A program made the position numbers and the translations under genes. Source: Hemiscyllium ocellatum (lineage: Eukaryota). From it: DNA of 64,000 bases. Each line of letters starts with the position of its first letter. The stretch's first letter is position 1. The notes below the pieces were generated by a model that saw nothing but the letters and a program-made list of their open reading frames with translations, was not told where the DNA came from and did no database searches. The stretch spans positions 35,145,857 to 35,209,856 of the forward strand of contig NC_083407.1 in NCBI RefSeq assembly GCF_020745735.1, written 5' to 3'. Below are positions 36,861 through 48,876 of this stretch, one piece after another.

Positions 36861-39800
36861 ATCAAAGTTACTCAAATAAAACACCAAGGTTCATTTATTT
36901 TGCCTTCTACTATAAAAGGATATACATGATGTATGTACTGGTGATATATTGGAGCACTCAAAAATGTATTCACTGGAAACATTTCTTCGCGGTATAACAT
37001 TTTTACACATCAGACAAGAAGCTATTCATGAATGAACCAACATTTGATGTCTCTGATCTTATTCCTATCTTATGCAACACTTGGTAATTTCCATCTGTTT
37101 TCTGCATTGATTTGCAAGTGTAGTCGCTCATTCTATACTTGATAGTAACTAATTTTTCAATACACCTTGTGTGAACAAGCAACAAAGACAAAGACTTTGG
37201 TATGTTAAATGTTCAAATCTTCCTAAGTAATTAAAATTTTCGATCTAAGATTTTAATTGCAGTAATCTTATTGAGCTTTCTTTGCAACCATATAAAAGAA
37301 CAAATATTCAAAAGCACAGTGTTTAAGCATGATGAAGAATCAAAGTTAATTCCAGAAGCCATCTTGAAGTCTGCAACTGGCTTAAATTAACCTTTTGCCA
37401 CTTACTTAGAAGAGCCTTTGTAGTTTAGATAATCATAACTGTGAATCCTGATTAGGAACACAAAAATTGAACACAGATCCCCTCACTTAATTCTTTTGAA
37501 GTTCAGGATTAGTAGCAGGTGGCTTGAGCTCAAAACTTTTCTACCTTTAACATTTAAGTAGCTAAATCCAGTTCAAATGTATTTGTAAATTTCTCACCTG
37601 AAGAAATGTCATCTGTAATCAATGCATTACAAATGCATCTGGTACTGTGCACGGCAGGAGAAGTTAAGATCACTTTTCAAGCACTTCAGGTGAGGTTTAA
37701 GTTATTTAGTTAGATTAACTATAGCTGGACCGCTTCAAAGCTCCTATGAAATTCTTTCTTTGGTGAATAATTAGAACCACGTGTCTTTTACAAATCTTTC
37801 TTATTTAATAGGACTAAATGGAGAAAGTTGTATGTGATAAAGTCTTCAAACTCATGTAACAGAAATGTTTTTTACCCATTGGCTGCTGGAGTACTTTTCC
37901 ATAGACCTTGACTGTGACAGAGATATTTTGAGAATGCAGGCTATATAATAATGGACAAAAGTTGTAAAAGAACAGAGCATACTTTTAAGATCCCTCTGGC
38001 TGGAAACCAGTGGAATTTCAATCAGTTCTCAAAAGGTTACGATTCCAGAGGGATTATCCCTAAAATGGTCATACCCCTTGGTGAGGAGGGATGAATTGGT
38101 TCCCCTTCTTAATTTAATCGACTTTCACTTGGTTACTTTAAGGTTAATTTAAAATGACCCCTTCCCTCTTGGATGCCTTTTCCCAATCCAAATATACTTA
38201 TGTTTTAAAGGGAGCCATATGAGCCTGTCTTTCTTTAGTCAGAGAACTGGTGAGTTTATAAGTTTCTAAATGCAGGAAAAGACAATAGTGTTCTGCACAA
38301 ACAAATTAGAAATGTGACAAAATGTGACATTGTGGCAATTAATTTGGGTGATACCAGTAATACTGATATTGAAGCAGTTGGTTTGGAGATTTCTAGCTCT
38401 GTGAATTAGATGAAAACCTTTTGTCCTGTTTCCTTTTTAATGGTGATTCACGGGCTTGTCTGGCTTCCAGCACTCTGAATGAGAGTTGTTCTTCACTTTG
38501 AACACAGAACTGACTAATGGCTAGTCACAAACTGTTATACTCACAGCACACTAATCCACACAATCCAAGAGATTGCAGTGGGTTTTCAGGCCTTTTTTTC
38601 CTGCGTTCCAGGAAGAGTATAATGTCAATATTGTCTGAGGTTTGGAATAGAATCCATAAAAGTTGGTTTTATCTTAAGAGGGGTAGTCAGCTCCTCATTT
38701 TCTCTGCAGCCACAAGAGATCAAGTCCAGTTTGTTCTGAATTATATTTCTCCTTTTGAAAGATGGCAGACTGAAGTTTCTTGACAGCTTCTCAGCTGTTA
38801 ATTTAAATGACTCCCATCAGCATTTTGTGAGATAGTCATTGGATTTACATCTGTGGTCACCTCTTGGCTGCATGTCCTCTTTAAAATAAAACACATGTTG
38901 TAATTGAAGGTTTAATATATCTGTAAATTATCCAGTCCCAACAATATAAACCATATGGACCCCTTCTCTGTTTCAAACTTGTCTGTGGGCTATTGTACTT
39001 CCAGCTCGAATTGAAGGTTGCTAGGGTGAAGAGGGGTGGGAGGGAATTAAAATGGAGCATTGATTCCATATTCTTCTTTGACTCTTACTGATGATCCATA
39101 TTTCAACTGTAAATATGTGGTTAAGGTACCAGTTGGCAGGCAAGAGACTCATAGATTAACACATAATGACATCAAATGGGATCTGGATTGTATTTTGACC
39201 CAGACTAAGAGGGGAAGCTGTTTTCATGAGGCCTTCATAGATAAGTAAAATGATTTCCACAAGGAATTCTCAATCTCCCCTATACTTCCTTCCTCTTCCA
39301 TTCCATGAAACCCTCCTCACTCCAGTAAATTACTTACTGAATGGAAAGCCATCCTTTATTGCCAAGTGTGATCTCCTCGCTGCTTGAGGTGTTACTTCCC
39401 CTATCGACCAACTGCCACTTTGTGCAAGTTTAACAGATGAGGCCCCTGTTTTCTGACAAACAAGCAGATTACTTGTACTCAAATCATTTTGGAAGCATTT
39501 TCCCTTTTCACAGATGGTTAATATTACTGGCCGGAAAATTGCTGTGATGTTTCTCAAGCATACAGTATTTGGCATATTTAATAATTTCAAGGTTCATCTG
39601 TGGAGAAGGTTACAGAACATAATCAAATCCTTTAATTTTACAGTTTCCAGCTATTGTAGAGTAACAAGCTTATCCAACTTTCCTGTAGATTTGCACACCC
39701 TTGAAAAGAAACCTTTCTGACAATGACTAAAACAGCAATTTTGATTTTACATAGGTGAATGAAAAGACACAGTTATAGAATTTTAATGTTGAAAGCAAAT

Positions 39801-41288
39801 GGCGTGTAATTGGCTGATGGATGTAATAAATCAGATACCTATTGATATATCTAGGTCTGAACCATTTTGCATTCTGAACAATCTTACAGCTGCGCTGATA
39901 TGCCTGGTTTGGGATTAAGAATTGACAGACACTTGCAGCAAAGTCCAATTATCCCTTTGTGTAGGAAAGAATGAGCCAAGTTCATCTTTTGTCCAACTGA
40001 TGCAAGTGTAAGGAAAGCTAAATGTGCATTAAGCAGAGACACTTTCATCATATTTTTTTAATTTTCAACATTTATAGTAGGTCCTTGCTGTTAGTCTTGC
40101 AAATAATTTTTGGCATTTTGCATGAAAGAATTTGCCATAAGACTGCATGGGAACTAAAATAACCAATGGTACCTGAAGAAAGGACTTTTGTAATATATAG
40201 AAGTTAAAAGACAATCGCAAGAATGGTTGAATCCTGTAGAAATTCACAATTTAAAATGAGTGATTGAAGTTGACCTAAGATGCATAAATATAGAATTTTA
40301 TTGTTGAAGCAATCAAGCATGGAAGATAGTGTGTTCAAGACCTCAGCAGGATTTTCTGAGCAAGGCTTCCAAAACCTGTCACCATTTGTTTTTGCAGGCT
40401 CTGGCATACTGAGCTGGCAATGAATTAGGTGATCTGGAGGCCTTGGATCCATAGGGAAACAATTGAATAAATGTGACATCTGCTGAAACAATTTTTACAG
40501 CCAACCTTAACCATAGGGATGCCACTGCTAGTGGAGGTCAAAGTAACCTATGCCGTCAACCTTTCCAGTTCACCTCATTACAAGCCAGCATTGGGATCAA
40601 TAATAGCATTAGTCAACATGCTGCGTTCATACATGTAGTAAACAGATGGCTGACACATTAGTCATCTCTTTCTCTGCTAAATAGCAGCAGCATGGCTTGA
40701 CTTCTCAATGTTACTATGCTGTTCCAGTCCTGTGCCCAAAATATAGCAGTCATGATGGAGTTGCATAATAATCTTCCAGGCAGTAGCTTCCTCTCAAGCC
40801 CCTAGCTACTAACAAAGTGTTGTGAATAACTTGGTTCTGTCTGTACAAACTTACCAAATACAACTTCCAGATCGATATTCTGATACTTATAAACTAATGG
40901 AAATGAATTGAGGATGCAATGAGATTTTGTTTTACTTTTGATTTTTCTTCAAATCTTTCCTGCAGAAAGAGGATATGGATTAGAAAACTGGCTGCATGGC
41001 TCAAATCTAGCTTTGAAAGACACTGTATAAAATGTGAGTTATTGTATGATGAGCTATGTGGGAACTGCAGCGAATGCTTAAATGGCACATGTATTTATGT
41101 GGGAATAAGTGAGAAGAAGATAAGGTTTTAGCCTGTATTCTCTTGATGTTTCTCTGTGGAAGGGAATTTAGGGTAGCCCCCACCAAGAGAATCTAATGCT
41201 TATACTTTTGAAACACTTATTTAATTCAAATTAACTTTGATTTCCCATCTTGTCATGCATGAAAATAGTAGTTCATACTATAAGTTAG

Positions 41289-41751
41289 CTGAAAATGTGT
41301 TGCCGGAAAAGCGCAGCGGATCAGGCAGCATCCAAGGAGCAGGAGAATCGACGTTTCTGGCATAAGCCCTTCTTCAGGAATGAGGAAAGTGTGTCCAGCA
41401 CGCTAAGATAAAAGGTAGTGAGGAGAGGTCAGGAAGAAGCCGGAGTGGGATGGGGGCAGAGGGGTCAGGAAGAATCCCACCCCTCCTGATCTCTCCGCCC
41501 CCACCCCACTCTGGCCTATCACCCTCACCTTGACCTCCTTCCACCTATCGCATCTCCAATGCCCCTCCCCAAAGACCCTCCTCCCTACCTTTTATCTTAG
41601 CCTGCTGGACTCACTTTCCTCATTCCTGAAAAAGGGCTTATGCCTGAAACGTCGATTCTCCTGCTCCTTGGATGCTGCCTGACCTGCTGCGCTTTTCCGG
41701 CAACACATTTTCAGCTCTGATCTCCAGCATCTGCAGTCCTCACTTTCTCCC
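41289..41751. mobile_element. Head-to-head inverted Penelope pLTR insertion with two hammerheads: 41346-41381 (-) and 41622-41657 (+)
   Basis: 15-bp TSD CATACTATAAGTTAG at 41274-41288 and 41752-41766. The arms are reverse complements of each other. Confidence 0.9.
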
Positions 41752-42911
41752 CATACTATAAGTTAGAGGAGTATGTGCATAGAGCAACCTATACCTGACC
41801 TTTATCTCTCATTTGTGAAAGCGACAATACGTCATGCAAAAAGGTTGTGTAACAAAGGGTCTGTATAGGAAGACCTAAGAGATGTGACTATCCAACGATT
41901 GCCAAGGTGCAGTGGAATAGTGCTGGAAATTAGTTATGTACTATCAATGCTAAAAAATCTGTACAGTTACATAAAAATCGGAGTGAAGAATAAACTGAAA
42001 CACGTTAGTGTGCAACAGTTTATATTTTCATATAATATTTTTACTCATAAATTGTTTAAGGTTTTGAATCTCAATCCATTCTGTAAACAAGAACCTTTCA
42101 GAATTAACTTCAGTTCTCTCACACATTTGTTTTACCTGTGTTAACTTGATTAAATAAATTTAACAATGAAATTTAAAGGTAATTGTTAGGTTAACGTTAA
42201 GCCATCGTGTTTTAACTTCAAATATAGATAAAATTCTGTTATAATTGCATGTATTCTCGTAAAAGCAATGGGGATCAATAATTTAGCCTATAGGACCAAC
42301 CAGGTGATAGGATTGGATTACATCAACTTAAGCTAACTTGTATGAAAGTGTTTGATCATGAAATTAATTCTCAGAGAACAATATGTTTATACATGCCTGT
42401 GCTAAGGGGTTTGGAAAATGATTAGTCTTATTTTCCTTGCTGCTGTATGTCAAAGTAAATTACCAGCTAAATGAAAAAAACTTCTTCTGTTCATAAATTA
42501 ATCTCTGTCCAAAGGCAGGCATGTCTCATCAGCATAAACTCATTGTAGAAAAAGGTTCATTGCATCAACTAAAAATAAGCAATCAGTATTGATGGCAAAC
42601 AACTATTTTTATATTGTTATAAGTACTATTTTAGTCAATATAAAGAAACTGTCAGAAATAAATAACTATGCATCCATTTAGTTATATATTGTGTCACACA
42701 AGTAAATAACTTACAGAATTTACATATTTCATGCCTAGTTATTGTCATCTCTCCAGGAATAGATTGACAAATGAAGCATTAATAACATGAAGCCTTTATT
42801 CACGACTTGAAATACAATACTAATGGCAAAGGGAAATCAAGGAACTTATCTCTGTTGTATAAAAGATTGGAAAAGCAGAATGTAATTTTCCTTACTTCAG
42901 TTAGTTTTATC

Positions 42912-44225
42912 GAAAGGCAAGGACTGATTAGGGATAGTCAGCATGGCTTTGTGCATGGGAAATCATGTCTCACAAACTTGATTGAGTATTTTGAAGAAGT
43001 AACAAAGAGGATTGATGAGGGCAGAGCAGTAGATCTGATCTATATGGACTTCAGTAAGGCGTTCAACAAGGTTCCCCATGGGAGACTGATTAGTAAGGTT
43101 AGATCTCATGGAATACAGGGAGAACTAGCCATTTGGATACAGAACTGGCTCAAAGGTAGAAGACAGAGGGTAGTGGTGGAGGGTTGTTTTTCAGACTGGA
43201 GGCCTGTGACCAGTGGAGTGCCACAAGAATCGGTGCTGGGTCCACTACTTTTTGTAATTTACACAAATGATTTAGATGCGAGCATAAGAGGTACAGTGAG
43301 TAAGTTTGCAGATGACACCAAAATTGGAGGTGCAGTGGACAGCGAGGACGATTACCTCAGATTACAACAGGATCTTGACCAGATGGACCAATGGGCTGAG
43401 AAGTGCCAGATGGAGTTTAATTCAGATAAATGTGAGGTGCTTCATTTTGGGAAAGCAAATCTTAGCAGGACTTATACACTTAATGGTAAGATCCTGGGGA
43501 GTGTTGCTGAACAAAGAGACCTTGGAGTGCAGGTTCATAGCTCTTTGAAAGTGGAGTCGCAGGTAGATAGGATAGTGAAGAAGGTGTTTGGTATGCTTCC
43601 CTTTATTGGTCAGAGTATTGATTACAGGAGTTGGGAGGTCATGTTGCGGCTGTGCAGGACATTGGTTAGGCCACTGTTGGAATATTGCATGCAATTCTGG
43701 TCTCCTTCCTATCGGAAAGATTTGAAACTTGAAAGGGTTCAGAAAAGGTTTACAAGGATGTTGCCAGGGTTGGAGGATTTGAGCTATAGAGAGAGAGAGG
43801 CTGAACAGGCTGGGACTGTTTTCCCTGGAGTGTTGGAGGCTGAGGGGTGACCTTGTAGAGGTCTACAAAATTATGAGGGGCATGGATTGGGTAAATAGGC
43901 AAAGTCTTTTCCCTGGGGTGGGTGAGTCCAGAACTAGAAGGCATAGGTTTACGGTGAGAGGGGAAAGATATAAAAGAGACCTAAGAGGCAACTTTTTCAC
44001 ACAGAGAGTGGTATGGATATGAAATGAGCTGCCAGAAGAAGTGGTGGATGCTGGTACAATTGCAACATTTTAGAGGCATTTGGATGGGTATATGAAGAGG
44101 AAGGGTTTGGAGGGATATGGGCCAGGTGCTGGCATGTGGGACTAGATTTGGTTGGAATATCTGGTCGGCATGGACAGGTTGGACCGAAAGGTCTGTACAT
44201 CTCTATGACTCTATGACTTTATGAC
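42912..44225 (+). mobile_element. CR1/HER1 LINE, 5'-truncated, fairly young
   Basis: ORF 42807-43850 from ERQGLIRDSQHGF through YMDFSKAF, KFADDTK and LEYCMQFWSP; (CTATGACT)n tail. Confidence 0.93.
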
Positions 44226-45859
44226 TTATAAAACTGGGTTCTGTGGCCCAGTGACATCTTATATTCTGCTTTGTTTCTACCTAGATACAAATGAAATCTA
44301 ACTGTTCCCTTTCTTTTCTTTAATTTGTCTGCTTTCAGAAACAGTGACATTATAACTGTGTATAACTTATAGTTTCCTGTTGCGCTGATCAGATTTGGCT
44401 TGTCCAATGTGGTACACATATAGAATAAGAGAATTGAGAGGTACATAGTGTGCATTATGCAATGAGCCAAGGGGACCATAATTCTATTCTATAGAAGTGA
44501 AATACAAAACATTGCAGAATAAAAGGGTAATAACACTAAAGAAATGCCTTGAGAGTTATCAAAATGTCAAAGTATGTTCTCCTTGATTAAGATAAGAGAC
44601 AATGCTCAGTCTGCGAGAGCTGAATAAAACAGGAAAAAAAAATGTTTAAATATACTTTTGAAAAATACTCTGAGCATAAAAGGGAACTTTCATCAGTTGA
44701 TGTATCCATTCCATGATACAACTAAGTAAGTTGTGATAATTTATTGAGAAATTGGTATTGGCCAAATTAGATTAGAGAAATTAATGGGTGGTTCATAGAC
44801 CAGTGCGATGGAAGTTACAGTCAGTTTTGTGGACATGGAACCTGTCCTGAGGAAAGTAGGGCCTCTAGCATTGGAAATGATATATACTGACTGTGCTGGG
44901 ACTGACGATCTAGTGAACCACGTCATTCAGGGAGAAGGTAAGGTTGTAAACTATAAAGTAGAAGGAAGGAATCAAGTTTTGGAGAGTATGACAAATCAAA
45001 GAGTAGAAGAAAGGCAACAAAGAAAGGTATTAATACAGAAAATGATAAACAGATCATGGCAGGAAAGCATGGACAGTATTAATGTAAAACTAAATTAACA
45101 GATAGGGCTGAACATCACAAAAATAAGACAAGGTAAACTAAAGGCTCTGTGTCTGAATCATAGCACATTTCAAATGAAACAGATGAACTGATATGAAAAA
45201 TAGAAATAAATCCATACAATCTGATAGCCAATACAGAGATATTGCTTCATGATGGCATTGATTGAGGTTTAGGACAAGTATTAAAGCGTACATGATTTTT
45301 CACCAGGAAAGAAAGTTCAGAAAAGGTGGAACGATGGCTAAGTTAATTAATATTAGAACTAGCACAATGGCGGGGGAGGTTGGCAGGGTGGTGACCTAAA
45401 TTCAGGAAACAAGGACATACAGGGATTTCTTTTTTCTGGATGTGTCCACTGGGTCTTTGTCAATGGTGGCAACTCTAGAGAGCATTATATCAAAGTTTGG
45501 TAATGTTTCAACAAACGTGACAGTGATGGCACAGCCAACTGCTCCACAGTATTTGCATGGTGGTGGCTGAAATAACACTTTGGTCTTCAGACTCTGATTT
45601 GGAAACCAGGGTTCTTGGGAGCATTTGCCATGGTCTGGATATTTCCCTTGTAAGAAATCAGAATACCATAATCTGTGCGTAGACCTCTCAGATTACCAGC
45701 TCTGTAACTTTGGTGGAGATTTTTAGTCTTGGGAGATAGAAAAGAACATTCTACTGAGGCCATCAACAGAGGCACCCACTGTCCTTGGATTGTCTTTGTC
45801 AAATTGAGCAGTTGTCTGAGAAAGAAAGCCTGTTTCCTCAATTCTATGAAATAGATTAT

Positions 45860-46370
45860 AAAGATAATCAACTCAACTAAACATGACAAAGTCCCTGGTG
45901 CTGACAGCATTGCAGTAGAGATTTGGAAGTGGAATAGGAATGGTTTTGTTAAATAATTTACAGTCATCTTCAAAAAATATCTGGAGTGAAAGAAAGTCCT
46001 GAAGTAGTCAGCATCTGAAAAGGAAAAGAATCCAAAAATGTATTTATCGACCACTAATCAATAAGCCCTTTCCAACCTTAAGGAAAACTTCTTACAGGGA
46101 TTCGACTAAACAGTCTAAAAGTCCATCATAAAGAAGGTGTTCTTCTGCAATCCCAGTGTAATTTTAAGGTTAATCATGTGACAGAGAGCCAATACAATTT
46201 TTTTCACACCAAGCCTGACAAAAGAGAACAACATCATGATCTCTATCTGTTGTTCATAGACCTAACTGAAGCCTTTGACAATATAAGATTACTTGCTTTA
46301 TGGTGCGTACTTTCTAGACTAGAATATCTAAATAAATTTGACAAATCTCTGCACTTACTGAATGTGGCAT
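45860..46370 (+). mobile_element. Very degenerate RTE-like LINE RT fragment
   Basis: KREQHHDLYLLFIDLTEAFD...LWCVLSRL resembles the RTE-clade motif LYxxFIDLTKAFD. Confidence 0.5.
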
Positions 46371-46469
46371 GAGTTCTGGTGAAATGTCCAATGGTTGTCA
46401 CATAAGCAATTTTACAGGACTCATGGGTCCCCAACCTTTCAATCTCGTCTTTGTTACTATGCTTAAGGA

Positions 46470-46662
46470 AACCTCCAGAAGAAGTGGTGAAGGCTAGTAC
46501 AATTGCAACATTTAAAAGGCATCTGGATAGGTATATAAGTAGGAAGTGTTTGGAGGGATATGGGCCAGGTCTGGCAGATGTGACTAGATTGGGTGGGATA
46601 TCTGGTCGGCATGGGCAAGTTGGACCAAAGGGTCTGTTCCGTGCTGCACATCTCTATGACTG
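46470..46662 (+). mobile_element. CR1/HER1 3' tail
   Basis: Matches 44030-44210. Confidence 0.85.
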
Positions 46663-46824
46663 TAAATTCCAAAGCTGAATTAGTAGATAGTGGCAGTGTT
46701 TCTTTATTTCATCTTTAATATTCCAGGCACTCTCCTTAGTTATGATGCAAAATTGATATTTTGGATCTGAGAGAACACAAGATTTACCTACTGAGTGATA
46801 ATAGTGTTAACCTTCACCAGAATC

Positions 46825-47170
46825 GTAGCATCCCTACAGTGTGGAAACAGACCTTTTGGCCAAACAAGTTCACATCAACCCTCTGAAGATTATCCCACCC
46901 AAACCCATTTCCCTGCCCTATTACTCTGCATTTACCCCTGACTAATGCACCTAACCTACACGTCCCTGAACACTATGGGCAATTTCACACGGCCAATTCA
47001 CTTGTATATCTTTGGATGGTGGGAGGAAACTGGAGCATTGGGAGGAAACTCACGCAGACATGGGGAGAATGTGCAAACTCCACACAGACAGTCGCCTGAG
47101 GCTAGAGTCAAACCTGAGTCCCTGGCGCTGTGAGACAGCAGTGCTAACCACTGGGCCACCGTGCCACCCC
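46825..47170 (-). mobile_element. HE1-type V-SINE
   Basis: Reverse-complement head GGGGTGGCACGGTGGCCCAGTGGTTAGC and V core. Confidence 0.85.
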
Positions 47171-47532
47171 AATAAACAGGATAAAATCCAATAATGTAAT
47201 GATGTTCTTAGGACTACATGAGAATTTTCAAAATTTTATACTGAGTAGTTTTAGAGTCATAAAATAAATATGATATAGGTGGTGGGTCATTCGGCCATCA
47301 AGTATTTATGGCTCTCTGTAGACCAATGCACTTAATTCCATCTCATTGCTGAATACCCATAGCTCTGCATGTTTATTTCCCCCAAGTATCTATTCAATTT
47401 TCTTTTAAAATTGTGAATTGGTTGCACCTACACCACAAGTTCAGCACCAGTTGTAACTCCTCAGTTACTGAAGCAGTCCATGTTCAAATGCAACAAGACC
47501 TGGACAATATTGCAGACTTGGGACTGACAAGC

Positions 47533-48180
47533 ACAGTAGCTCACTGGCTGGCAATGCTGTCTCACAGAGCAAGGGTCCTGGGTTTGATTCCAGCCTCAAG
47601 TGACTCTTTGCGTGGAGTTTGCATATTCTCGCTGTGTCTGCATGGGTTTTCTCTGGGTGCTCCAGTTTCCTCCCACTGTCTAAAGAAGTGCAGGTTAGGT
47701 GAATTGGCTGTGCAAAATTGCCCACAGCATTTGGGGTGGCACGGTGGCACAGTGGTTAGCACTGCTGTCTCACAGCACCTGAGACCCGGGTTCAATTCCC
47801 GACTCAGGCGACTGACTGTGTGGAGTTTGCACGTTCTCCCCATGTCTGTGTGGGTTTCCTCCCACAGTCCAAAGATGTGCGGGTTAGGTGAATTGGCCGT
47901 GCTAAATTGCCCGTAGTGTTAGGTAAGGGATAAATGCAGGGGTATGGGTGGGTTGCGCTTTGGCGGGTCGGTGTGGACTTGTTGGGCCGAAGGGCCTGTT
48001 TCCACACTGTAAGTAATCTAATCTAATCTAAAAAGCATTTAGGGTTCTTTAGGTTAGGAACATTAGTCAGGGCTAAATGTAGAGCAATAGGATATGAGTT
48101 CGGATGGGTTACTCTTTGGAGGGTTGTTGTGGATTTGCTGGGGCAAATGGCCTCTTTCCACACAGTAGGATTTCTATTCT
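47533..48180 (+). mobile_element. Older HE1-type SINE split by a younger HE1 copy
   Basis: Head and V core at 47533-47732; tail at 48041-48180. Confidence 0.8.
47733..48033 (+). mobile_element. Young HE1-type V-SINE
   Basis: Full head to (TAATC)n tail; flanking AGCATTT at 47726-47732 and 48034-48040. Confidence 0.9.
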
Positions 48181-48525
48181 AAGTGGCAAGTAACGTTCAT
48201 GCAACACAATTGCCAGGAAATGATCGTATCTATTGTGAGACAATCTAACCACCACTTCTTGACATTTAATGGTGTTACCATCTCTGAATTCCCCACTATC
48301 TACATCCTGAAGTTTGCCAGCAACTCAACTGGATTTACTGCAGTGGTGACAACAGCAGGTAACTTACTTGTTGATGGCCAAAAGCCTATCCACTATTTAT
48401 GAGGCACAGGTCAGGAAGGAATACTCCCTACTTTGTCTATGTGAATGCAGCTCCAACAGCATTCAAGAAGCTTGACACTGTCCAGAACAAAGCAGTCTAC
48501 TTCATTGACACCACAACCACAAGCA

Positions 48526-48876
48526 GGCAAGAATTCTACCACTGAACCACCAATGTAACACAGTTTAACTCCCCCTTCCACTCTGCCAAGGACATGTAAG
48601 ACTTGGGCCTCCTGCACCACCAAATCTTAACCACCCATCCCCTAGAGAAAGAATGCCTCATATTATGCCTTGGACCCTCCAACAACATGTGATCAATGTG
48701 GATTTCACCAGTTTCCTCATTTCCCCTCCCCACACCTTATTCCACTCCCATTTATCTCTCATCCCCCTTGAGTCACAAGCCTCATTCCTGATGAAGGTCT
48801 TATGTTCGAAACATTGATTTTCCTGCTCCTCGGATACTGCCTGATCGACTGTGCTTTTCCAGAGCCACACTCTTCA
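48526..48876 (+). mobile_element. Older Penelope-like family A fragment with a decayed hammerhead (48784-48819)
   Basis: 16-bp TSD ACCACAACCACAAGCA at 48510-48525 and 48877-48892. Core reads CTGATGA-A-GGTC-ttat-GTTC-GAAAC-ATT. Confidence 0.85.

Noticed and set aside
42807-43850. 347-aa ORF as a host gene or active reverse transcriptase
   Set aside because: It is a 5'-truncated CR1 ORF2 fragment. The N-terminal 35 aa are flanking intron and the C-terminus is frameshifted in an (AG)n run.
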